From: an uncultured Methanolobus sp.
GTDB taxonomy: Archaea > Halobacteriota > Methanosarcinia > Methanosarcinales > Methanosarcinaceae
Assembly: GCA_963675495.1 (NCBI GenBank)
Contig: OY776215.1
Coordinates: 1,824,001-1,888,000 of the forward strand
Reading direction: 5' to 3'
DNA length: 64,000 nucleotides
The translations under genes and the position numbers were made by a program. Shown here one piece after another: positions 24,348-32,473 of this stretch (the first letter of the stretch is position 1; every line of letters starts with the position of its first letter). A model generated the notes under the pieces. It was not told the origin of the DNA. It saw only the letters and a list, made by a program, of their open reading frames with translations, and did no database searches.

Positions 24348-24551
24348 CTAGTTATTGAGTAAATATACAAGCAAGCTACCTATCACCCATCCAAGTGGGT
24401 AGAGTATAGCTCTTTTAGGTGTTTGATTTAATTCCCCTAGTGTTTCCCACAAACCTCTGTACTTGTGTGCTTTATACTTTTTAAGATAAAAAGGATATAG
24501 TGCTACAAATGTCATGATAGTGGTGCTAACTATTACTGTTCCTGTATTCAT
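24348..24551 (-). CDS. Small membrane protein, paralog of 25944..26147 (candidate immunity)
   Basis: Shares LYPFYLKKYKxHKYRGLWETxGE..TPK.AI..PL.W with the paralog. Confidence 0.7.
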   Translation of the reverse strand: MNTGTVIVSTTIMTFVALYPFYLKKYKAHKYRGLWETLGELNQTPKRAILYPLGWVIGSLLVYLLNN

Positions 24552-24769
24552 GATTTTGCCTTTCTTTTCCCTATTAGTACCATCCCTATGACAAACCCAA
24601 TTCCAACAAGAATTCCAGTACGTATTCCATTCATTAGATTATGAGACAGGTATCCTAATAATATGCATACAATAAGGATTGTAATGAAATACAAAAATCG
24701 TTCTTTTATCAGAGTTTTTTCCATCTTAATCATCTTTCTCATTTCCATTAATCTTAAAGCTGGATTCAT
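24548..24769 (-). CDS. Small 2-TM membrane protein
   Basis: Two hydrophobic helices and a basic tail; ATGA overlap with the next gene. Confidence 0.6.
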   Translation of the reverse strand: MNPALRLMEMRKMIKMEKTLIKERFLYFITILIVCILLGYLSHNLMNGIRTGILVGIGFVIGMVLIGKRKAKS

Positions 24770-24784
24770 TGTATCACGTATCTT

Positions 24785-25837
24785 CTAGATCAATATCCAC
24801 AATCCAAGTAAAATTAGAACAATTCCGCTAACCAGTTTTACATGCTTCCGATAATCACGTATGCTTTTTGACAAGGTGTATCCTCCTATCAATCCAACTC
24901 CAACAAAAGGTGTCAATACACCTAAACTAAAAACAAGTAGTAAAGACAAATCACCTATTGTTCCCTGACTAACTGTTTTATTTAATAGAACTAAAAGCAT
25001 GGGTAAAGTACATGGCACTTTTACTAAAGAAAATAGTACTCCTAATAAAAATAATCCTCCTACTGTGCTAGCATGCTTTCTAGCAGTGTTATGAAAAAAG
25101 TCCTCCAGTGACAATGGTGCTTTTAAAAGCCCTACCAAATACAATCCAATAACGATAACTATGATTCCTGTAATTGAAGAAAAAACTTCGATGTTTGGCA
25201 TTGATTTTTTGAACACGATTAATCCAATACCTATCAAAAGATACGAAGTAACTAATCCAATACCAAATATAGTTGCCCTTGTTATTCCATTGCGGACAGA
25301 TTCACTGGTACCCGCGGTAAAACTTAAAAGAAATCCAAGTATTGCCATTAAACAGGGGGATAAGCCTGCAAAAAGACCCAATGAGTATGCAAATGGAATA
25401 TTCAAATTTGCACTAATGAATTCATCATCATGTTCGTTTTCTTTTATGTTTTTGATTGTGGACTCTGAAATATTTTCCTTATTATTTAGGTACTCATTTA
25501 TTGATTTTTTTATTCTATCTTCATTAATTTCGTCTTTGGGGATTTTTGTTTCATTATTTATGACAATAGCTGGCACTTCACGAAAATCATATTGTTCCCA
25601 TCGGTTAAATCCTTCAACAGTCATTACATCAGTTCTTATGATATGTATTTTTTCGTATTTTGCATCTATTTGATTAATTACAACGTCAATTTTTTGACAA
25701 TCATTGCACCCAGTTTGATAGAAGTATTCAATATCAACTGATTTTGCAAATGCAGGGGAAATTCCAGATATAAGCACTAATAAGATTAAAAAAATTAAAC
25801 CAAATTTATTCACCTCTATCATTTTTTTTATCTCCAT
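24785..25837 (-). CDS. Thioredoxin-like domain fused to CcdA/DsbD-type membrane domain
   Basis: Signal peptide, FYQTGCNDC (CxxC), then GLSPCL and KVPCTLP transmembrane cysteines. Confidence 0.85.
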   Translation of the reverse strand: MEIKKMIEVNKFGLIFLILLVLISGISPAFAKSVDIEYFYQTGCNDCQKIDVVINQIDAKYEKIHIIRTDVMTVEGFNRWEQYDFREVPAIVINNETKIPKDEINEDRIKKSINEYLNNKENISESTIKNIKENEHDDEFISANLNIPFAYSLGLFAGLSPCLMAILGFLLSFTAGTSESVRNGITRATIFGIGLVTSYLLIGIGLIVFKKSMPNIEVFSSITGIIVIVIGLYLVGLLKAPLSLEDFFHNTARKHASTVGGLFLLGVLFSLVKVPCTLPMLLVLLNKTVSQGTIGDLSLLLVFSLGVLTPFVGVGLIGGYTLSKSIRDYRKHVKLVSGIVLILLGLWILI

Positions 25838-25943
25838 GTACTAATATCGCATTAACAAGCTAGCAAAGCTACTGCTATTTTGCTTTAATATCTTTCTGAT
25901 AGCAGCTTAACAATAAAAATATTAATCCACTATGTGTGTAAAT

Positions 25944-26147
25944 TTATTTATAATATGCACTAAGTAAGGTACATATAAACCACACAAGTGGAAAGATAAT
26001 AGCATTTTTAGGTGTCTTGTACATTTCTCCTATAGTTTCCCACAAGCCTCTATATTTATGTCTCTTATATTTTTTGAGATAAAAGGGATATAGTGACAAG
26101 AATGTCAAAATAATAGTACTAACAATCCCTGTTCCTATGTTCGTCAT
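25944..26147 (-). CDS. Small membrane protein, paralog of 24348..24551 (candidate immunity)
   Basis: Clear paralogy; AGGAG RBS upstream. Confidence 0.7.
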   Translation of the reverse strand: MTNIGTGIVSTIILTFLSLYPFYLKKYKRHKYRGLWETIGEMYKTPKNAIIFPLVWFICTLLSAYYK

Positions 26148-26184
26148 TTAAACGCTCCTTGAATTACAATCATCGAGGAAAAAG

Positions 26185-26232
26185 TGCTTCATACATGTTT
26201 GGGGTTTATTTTCTCCCTACATGTAAGAAGCA
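26185..26232. other. Intergenic hairpin directly after the halocin-like precursor gene
   Basis: TGCTTC-a-TACATGT..GGGG / TCCC-t-ACATGTA-a-GAAGCA inverted repeat. Confidence 0.55.
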
Positions 26233-26239
26233 TAAGGCC

Positions 26240-27016
26240 TTAATCACAGAATTCCGAACAAATATATTCAACTGAGTTACTGCTTCCAGATTCACAGAAT
26301 ACATAAAAAACTACTGCGCAAACAGCTCCGCATACAGCTACTGCGGGTCCGGTAGTCATTAAGCAAAACATACCACATGTTGCAAAAGCTGTCAAAGTAC
26401 ACCCACTCCCGTATATGAAATCGTATGCCTCATAACAAGTATCACATTCAATGTAACTGTCAGAGGAACTAGATTTTATGACTCCATCGCCTATGACTTC
26501 ACCGTCTATACTGAGTATGCCTGCGTTATTCTCAATCACACTATTTTTATCCATTCCATTAGTAGTTTCAAAGACTTCGGTTTTGATATAATCTTCACCA
26601 TACTCTGTAATAGTATTACCTACAGTTGTTTTATTCCCGCGAGAAATAAATACGAATTTACCTACTGTATCACTATTTTCAGTATTTGCTGGTATTTCAA
26701 TGATTACTATCTCATCATGTTTATTTTCCTTTGGACTAATTTTTTGAACATTTATTTGATTATACTGTAAATTATATTCCTTATCTCGTAAATCTTTGAT
26801 TGCTCGCCTAGCATCTTCATTTAATGTAACTTGCAGCAATCCACTCAATTGTCCCAATCCTTCTTCTGTTTCGATGTTAAACTCATCTAACAAATTACTT
26901 CCATCAATTGTTGATGTGCCTGTTCTAATAGGTACGCATGCTGTCGCAGGCATTACCATTGCAATCATTATAATCATTGCTACTAGTATTGCGCTACATC
27001 CTGATTTTAAAATCAT
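26240..27016 (-). CDS. Secreted precursor with C-terminal halocin C8-like cysteine-rich domain
   Basis: Signal peptide (..MPATA-C), acidic pro-region, ~70-aa hydrophobic C-terminus with 10 Cys (CDTC...GC...C...C...C...C...C...CSEFC). Confidence 0.7.
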   Translation of the reverse strand: MILKSGCSAILVAMIIMIAMVMPATACVPIRTGTSTIDGSNLLDEFNIETEEGLGQLSGLLQVTLNEDARRAIKDLRDKEYNLQYNQINVQKISPKENKHDEIVIIEIPANTENSDTVGKFVFISRGNKTTVGNTITEYGEDYIKTEVFETTNGMDKNSVIENNAGILSIDGEVIGDGVIKSSSSDSYIECDTCYEAYDFIYGSGCTLTAFATCGMFCLMTTGPAVAVCGAVCAVVFYVFCESGSSNSVEYICSEFCD

Positions 27017-27280
27017 TTATTTCTTACCTCATTTCAGTTTATTTCAAATAAATCCAGAGGCAAGATCACGCAAACTTTAAACAGTATCAAAGCCAACATT
27101 ACTATGCCTCCGGGCGTAAGTGTGGGGTTCAAGTCGATTCTGCAAATTCAGTTTGGACCCCACTCCATAAACATCTATTACTCTCATCATATACATTTAT
27201 TACTACGATGAATATTCATCGATCCGATTAATATTAATCAGTCCGATTAATATTCGCCTTTCTGATTAATGTCAGAAACA
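27017..27280 (-). promoter_or_regulatory. Duplicated control module, copy 1: four 19-bp-spaced palindromic boxes, TATA-like box, two-hairpin leader, RBS
   Basis: Aligns by eye with 30032..30283; boxes start at 27207, 27226, 27245, 27264. Confidence 0.75.
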
Positions 27281-27571
27281 AGGCAATCCGTAAATCTGAT
27301 GGTTCCGGGAGTTGCACTATATGCAACACCGAAGCATAAATTTAATATTTGTTGCACATACTATGATTTTTATTGTTAGTTCACTCCTATACTTTATATT
27401 ATCAATATATTTTTCTAGTAAGGAACTTACTTAAAACAGTACTCCATATTTCAAGCAAGGGCGAAGTTAGGGATTTAACTGAACTTTACTTCAGGCAAGC
27501 AAAATACGTAGAATGTTGATTAATCTTCATGAGTAGTTCATCTGCATGAATCTTCAGAATGGTACAAGAAC

Positions 27572-28383
27572 ATGGACTTCCTTGAGATTTACAGAAAAGA
27601 CGGAGATGATGTTCGGGCTATATACAGGTCCAGGCTCATAATTGAGATACTGCTATCATTAAATGAAGGTAGCAAAACGCTTTCTCAACTGCGCGAAATT
27701 ACCGGGAGTTCATCCCAGTCAATAATACCAAATATCAGGAAACTGGAGTCCTGTCACTTGCTAGAGGCAAAGGAAGATGGATATTGCCTGACCCGGCTGG
27801 GAAAGATTGTAGCATTCAGGACCGCAGATTCCTTCAGTACAATTGGAACGATCAATAAGCACAAACTTTTCTGGTCAGACCATTGCCTCGAAGACATCCC
27901 TGCATCATCATTAAATGAGATCGGTGCCTTTACAATTCTGAAATTGTCAATGATACCAATATAGAACTTTTTAATGTATACAACACCAATCTGAAAATCA
28001 TAAAAGAGGCTGAGCGTGTATTCGGTGTATCATCCGTCGTAACCAAGGAATATGCGGATTCTATATCAGAAAAAATATGTGAAGGAATACCTGTCGAACT
28101 TATAGTTCCTATAGATGTTGCAGAACAATTGAAGCAGGAGCCTTATGTGGAAAAGATCAATGCACTAAAAGATTATGAAAACTTCAAATTAATGGTCATG
28201 GATGAACAAATTAGAGTGGGGCTTATTGTCACCGATAAATCTCTCTCATTGGGCCTGTACAAAAAAGACGGTGTGACCTATGACATCGCAAGTGGCATAT
28301 TCAGCTTTGATCCCACGGCGCTTGAGTGGGGAGGGAGGCTCTTTGAGTATTATAGGGCTCGATCAAGGCTTATAATTATGTGA
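27572..28383 (+). pseudogene. Winged-helix transcriptional regulator (DUF1724/FilR1-like), frameshifted near 27925
   Basis: N-terminal HTH (TLSQLREITGSSSQSIIPNIRKLE); frame switches at GGT|GC CTT TAC AAT and continues to ALEWGGRLFEYYR. Confidence 0.75.
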
Positions 28384-28544
28384 ATGTCACGGCGTTGGTG
28401 GCAAACAATAATAATCGGTATATTGCTCAGTCATGGAAATCATTTACTTTTTCTTTCGTCTTTTGTTTCTTACTAATAAGGATTTCTACAGAGTTCAAAT
28501 TCAAAGAGAACTAACTATCCCGACATTTTGCCTCCGTTCTGACG

Positions 28545-29015
28545 TTAATCAATCAAAAGCAGAATGGAAAGCAATAATATGCCTAAGCAGACTCCAACTA
28601 AAAGCGATGTTTTCGTTCTTATTGATGCAAAGTAGCCAATCAAACCACAAATAAGTGTGAAAGGTGCAAAATCAATTATGGTTTTCCAGCGCAACCAATA
28701 ATTAAGACCTGCCATTACAAATTCTGGGTCAAACAGCTCAAAAAGGATTTCAGCATAAATGGAACTAAGAGGAAATAACAGCACTCCGCATAACGTGGCA
28801 ACAACTTTGTTTCCTGTTGTATACCCATAATAGATTAGGAGTACTGATGGAACGCCGAAAATTAATGTTCTAGACAATTGCTGCAGTTCCATGGATATAG
28901 GCATCATAGTTGGTACTAAAAATAACTTATAACCCACTTCCATCAACGCAGATATAAGTGGAATTAACATTATAATTGCTACTGAGCGAATCAATCTTTT
29001 TTGGTTATCCGTCAT
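28545..29015 (-). CDS. Hypothetical multi-pass membrane protein (candidate immunity partner of 29081..30031)
   Basis: About 5 hydrophobic segments; AGGAGG RBS. Confidence 0.65.
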   Translation of the reverse strand: MTDNQKRLIRSVAIIMLIPLISALMEVGYKLFLVPTMMPISMELQQLSRTLIFGVPSVLLIYYGYTTGNKVVATLCGVLLFPLSSIYAEILFELFDPEFVMAGLNYWLRWKTIIDFAPFTLICGLIGYFASIRTKTSLLVGVCLGILLLSILLLID

Positions 29016-29080
29016 CTATCCTCCTGAAAAAAGAAAGGTAGCTTGACCACCTTCCAGATTCTATAAGACAGTTCTATTTT

Positions 29081-30031
29081 TTAACTGCCGACTTTATAGA
29101 TACAGGTTGCATCCTCATCATTGAGAGGACTTGCTACGTAGTTATCAAGGTCACGATTATCATATAATACCCACCAATTCGATAGATCGTTATCAAAAAA
29201 GCCAGCAACCAAATCTTCCGCAGGTTCATATTCATCTGCCACATGTGGGAATGAACTGTCATGATGCACATTTGCAACGACGTCACCGTTACTCATCTCC
29301 CATAACCTTGCATGATATCCACCATTTATTCGATATCTATCATCAGCTACGCCGTCATCCAATATCCAATCATCTTCTGGGTCAGACACATACTGGTCAT
29401 ATTCATATGGATTATCAATCCAATCTTGATCAAGTATCCTTGATTTCACTGCACTTTTATCGGTAGATTCCCACGCTAGGTTTATTGGGTCTTCCCTGCC
29501 ATAGTAACCATTATCTTCTGACCATGTCCACTGTGGATACGCATAACCATAATTCCACCAAGTAAAAGGATCAGTTTGACTTGTTATTACTACAGTTTCC
29601 TGAGTTACAATAACCCTTTCATTACCTTCTTTTAAATCGAAAGATTCTTCGTTCAAGACGATGGATTTTCTTTCTTTAGTATCTATAGGAATTTCACTCA
29701 CTTTCGTGAATTGGTTAATCCCAACTTTATTTGCCAAGTTTTCTCCTGTGTATATTTCTTTAATTTGAAGCTGCTCATTTTCATACTTATAAATTTTAGT
29801 TGATGTAATGTTTACAGTATGGTTTTGCATCCACTTTTCAGTCTGTGCTTGTCTCCATAGCTTTGTTTCCTCATCTACAGTAGTTTCTTCAAGCCACTGC
29901 TTGACTTCTTCTGGCATTTGTTGATCCCTTGATGTCTTTTGGACAGCACCCATTGCCGGTGCAATCGCCATGCTCATAAGCAACATTGTCGCAATCAGTG
30001 TGCTCGTCAGAAATTTTACATTTGTTTTCAT
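29081..30031 (-). CDS. Secreted protein with possible LssY C-terminal-like domain
   Basis: Signal peptide (..IAPAMG-A); C-terminal EDPINLAW...GYHARLW...NVHHD pattern. Confidence 0.6.
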   Translation of the reverse strand: MKTNVKFLTSTLIATMLLMSMAIAPAMGAVQKTSRDQQMPEEVKQWLEETTVDEETKLWRQAQTEKWMQNHTVNITSTKIYKYENEQLQIKEIYTGENLANKVGINQFTKVSEIPIDTKERKSIVLNEESFDLKEGNERVIVTQETVVITSQTDPFTWWNYGYAYPQWTWSEDNGYYGREDPINLAWESTDKSAVKSRILDQDWIDNPYEYDQYVSDPEDDWILDDGVADDRYRINGGYHARLWEMSNGDVVANVHHDSSFPHVADEYEPAEDLVAGFFDNDLSNWWVLYDNRDLDNYVASPLNDEDATCIYKVGS

Positions 30032-30283
30032 TTTATCTTACCTCATTTCTAATTCCCTCAAGAGGCAAGATTACGGAAACCTTAAAACACATCAAAGCCA
30101 ACCATAACCTTGCCTTAGGGCGTTCCGGGGTTCAAGCCGACTCTGCAAATTCAGTTTGGACCATACTCCCGAAATATCTATCACTTTCACCATATACATT
30201 TCTTACTGTGACGAATATTCGTCGATCCGATTAACATTAATCAGCCCGATTAATATTCGTCTTTCTGATTAATATCAGAAGCA
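30032..30283 (-). promoter_or_regulatory. Duplicated control module, copy 2
   Basis: Boxes start at 30210, 30229, 30248, 30267; same leader hairpins and GAAATGAGGTAAGA RBS as copy 1. Confidence 0.75.
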
Positions 30284-30321
30284 AAATAATCCGGGATATT
30301 TTTCATGAATTGTAAAATCAG

Positions 30322-30540
30322 GTGTTTGGATCTCAATTTCAAAATTTAGCAACTGGAAATCACAGACAGGTATCTGTCTTCAAAACGGATGTTGGTAAAA
30401 GTGCTATTCACTGGCATATCAACAAATTAAAAGAAGAAAAAGCAATTCGCTGTGAAAAATATGGCAGGTTCAAAAGGTACTATCCTAAAAGCAATTTTAC
30501 AGTAATTGAGGAAAATAAGATTCCGATATTCTCAGAATGA
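30322..30540 (+). pseudogene. C-terminal remnant of a winged-helix regulator
   Basis: KTDVGKSAIHWHINKLKEEKAIRCEKYGRFKRYY is a recognition helix plus wing; no N-terminal part. Confidence 0.6.
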
Positions 30541-31152
30541 TCACTCTGTATCCTCTTCTGCATCCCATACTTTTTCCAGCAGGTCAAGCCTGCCAGCTTT
30601 TTCCAGTTTCTTATATATGAGTTCCCATGCACAATCCTTTTCAGGGTCTACTTCGCACTTCCCGTCAACTGAGCCACCACATGGGCCGTTAAGTAGCTGT
30701 TTTGGACATTGTCCTTTGGGGCAGATGCCACCAAAATAATACACAGTACAATCACCGCACATTGCACATAATTCGGGGATGACTTCTCCCTGCGAACGTC
30801 CTCCAAGGGAATCTGTGTTGTTTGAAGAGTAAACTGGTACTTCTGTCATTCTGGAAACAATAGAAACCCCGCTTCCGCATGCCATCACAATGATCGCTTT
30901 TGCATCCCTGATGACAGGGTTCTTTTCAATGAGTGAATCAAAGGATGTAACACTGCAGGCAGCAGTTGGGAGTACCCAGCCGATAACATGCTTTCCTGCT
31001 TCTTCCAGGCGTTGTTGCATCTCGATGACCTCTGGCTCACCGCCAACATGCTGTTTTGCAGCACAGGTATTGCAGCCGATGATAAAGATATCATCTTCAT
31101 CCTCTAACAGTTTCAATATCTCTTCAAAGGGTTTTGCAGATGAGATTATCAT
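30541..31152 (-). CDS. Methylenetetrahydrofolate reductase C-terminal-like (MetV-type) Cys-rich subunit
   Basis: GCNTCA, ACGSG, CAMCGDC, CPKGQCPKQLLNGPCGG, CAW. Confidence 0.88.
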   Translation of the reverse strand: MIISSAKPFEEILKLLEDEDDIFIIGCNTCAAKQHVGGEPEVIEMQQRLEEAGKHVIGWVLPTAACSVTSFDSLIEKNPVIRDAKAIIVMACGSGVSIVSRMTEVPVYSSNNTDSLGGRSQGEVIPELCAMCGDCTVYYFGGICPKGQCPKQLLNGPCGGSVDGKCEVDPEKDCAWELIYKKLEKAGRLDLLEKVWDAEEDTE

Positions 31153-32384
31153 AGTTCCCTCAGGTATCGATGCTCAACATCCATATCATTTTCAAGTGCT
31201 TCTGCTACCATCTCTGCAATAAGTGGCAGATTACGTGCCTGGAACGAGAGCTTGTGGACCAGTTTTTCCAGTTGAAGGACCGTACCTATGATGAGTACAT
31301 CTGTCCTTTCGGTTTCATGAGACACAGCATTACGCTCAAGGGCAGCATCTCCACCTCTGGCAAGTATTTCCTGTTTGATGATCAGAGCCTCGGTGGTGGT
31401 GATGTTGTTCACACGTATCACCTTGCTCACGGTCTTGTTCTTCATGACCTTTGCACCGGTGCCTGTTACTCCAATATTTTTCATAATGTATTCGGCATCA
31501 TCAGGGTGAACGATGTCCATAATGGAGACTTCAAAATCTTTTGATCTAACAGTTTGCTCTTTTTTTCTCATTGCACTTGCAACTTCAACAACGTCCTTTG
31601 TTTCAGTGATGTCATGTGTCCTTATGATGTGAGCACCTTTGTGAACCACGATTGCAGTAGCAGCCAGGCTTCCATATAACCTTTCACTTGCAGGCTTGTG
31701 AAGCACAGCATCGATGCATGATTTCCTCGATATAGCTGCAAGCAGTGGTCTCTGGAATACCTTAAGGCTCTCGAATTGGTCGATGGTCTCAAAATCGAAT
31801 ATCGGATCCTTTTCAGCGATCCATTTTCCTATGGCAGGGTCCAGTATGAGTTTTTCCGTGTCCACTCCTTTGGAAGCAGCCCTGTCAATTATCGTTGCAA
31901 GGCAATTCATGATGGCATCCATACCAATGGGGTCACCGGGTATTTTTTCAGATGCCATAACAACAGCCGGACAATCATATTGAGCCACGACATCGATCAT
32001 TTTCGGGTTGATGGTGAATCCTGACACATCATTGACAATATTTGCACCGTGTTTCAGGGATTCTTCTGCAACGCTGGCATATACTGTATCTACGGAAATG
32101 AGAGCATCTACATTATCCTTCAGGATATCCAGTGCAGGGATCATGCGGTCCAGTTCCTCATCCTCTCCGATAACAGGACTTGCAAGTGGCCATGTTGATC
32201 GGGCGCCAATATCTATTATAGCTGCTCCGCTGTCAACCATTTTATGTGCTACATCAAGAAGAGAATCAGTACTAACAACCGAACCCTTATAGAAGGATTC
32301 CTTGCTCAGGTTGATAACTCCCATTAATCTCACGGGGTGTTCATCGCCAACCTTCAAGCCGCATATGTCAACATCAACAACCAT
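31149..32384 (-). CDS. folP: Dihydropteroate synthase with C-terminal extension
   Basis: MGVINLSKESF, DIGARST, SVDT, NDVSG, DPAIG, SRKS, IRTHD. Confidence 0.9.
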   Translation of the reverse strand: MVVDVDICGLKVGDEHPVRLMGVINLSKESFYKGSVVSTDSLLDVAHKMVDSGAAIIDIGARSTWPLASPVIGEDEELDRMIPALDILKDNVDALISVDTVYASVAEESLKHGANIVNDVSGFTINPKMIDVVAQYDCPAVVMASEKIPGDPIGMDAIMNCLATIIDRAASKGVDTEKLILDPAIGKWIAEKDPIFDFETIDQFESLKVFQRPLLAAISRKSCIDAVLHKPASERLYGSLAATAIVVHKGAHIIRTHDITETKDVVEVASAMRKKEQTVRSKDFEVSIMDIVHPDDAEYIMKNIGVTGTGAKVMKNKTVSKVIRVNNITTTEALIIKQEILARGGDAALERNAVSHETERTDVLIIGTVLQLEKLVHKLSFQARNLPLIAEMVAEALENDMDVEHRYLREL

Positions 32385-32473
32385 TATTCAACCAATTAGT
32401 ATTAATTCGGGGTAAGATTCGTAAAGTAAATCAATCAAAATAGTATTCTGCTAATAAAATATAAATGTGCTTA

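Noticed and set aside
27206-27280. 19-bp periodic repeats as a mini-CRISPR array
   Set aside because: Units are 14 bp with 5-bp gaps, far too short for repeat-spacer structure; no cas genes; position next to a promoter fits operators.
27017-30283. Duplicated ~260-bp element as IS/MITE ends or att sites
   Set aside because: No terminal inverted repeats, target duplication or transposase; each copy ends precisely at an RBS and start codon.
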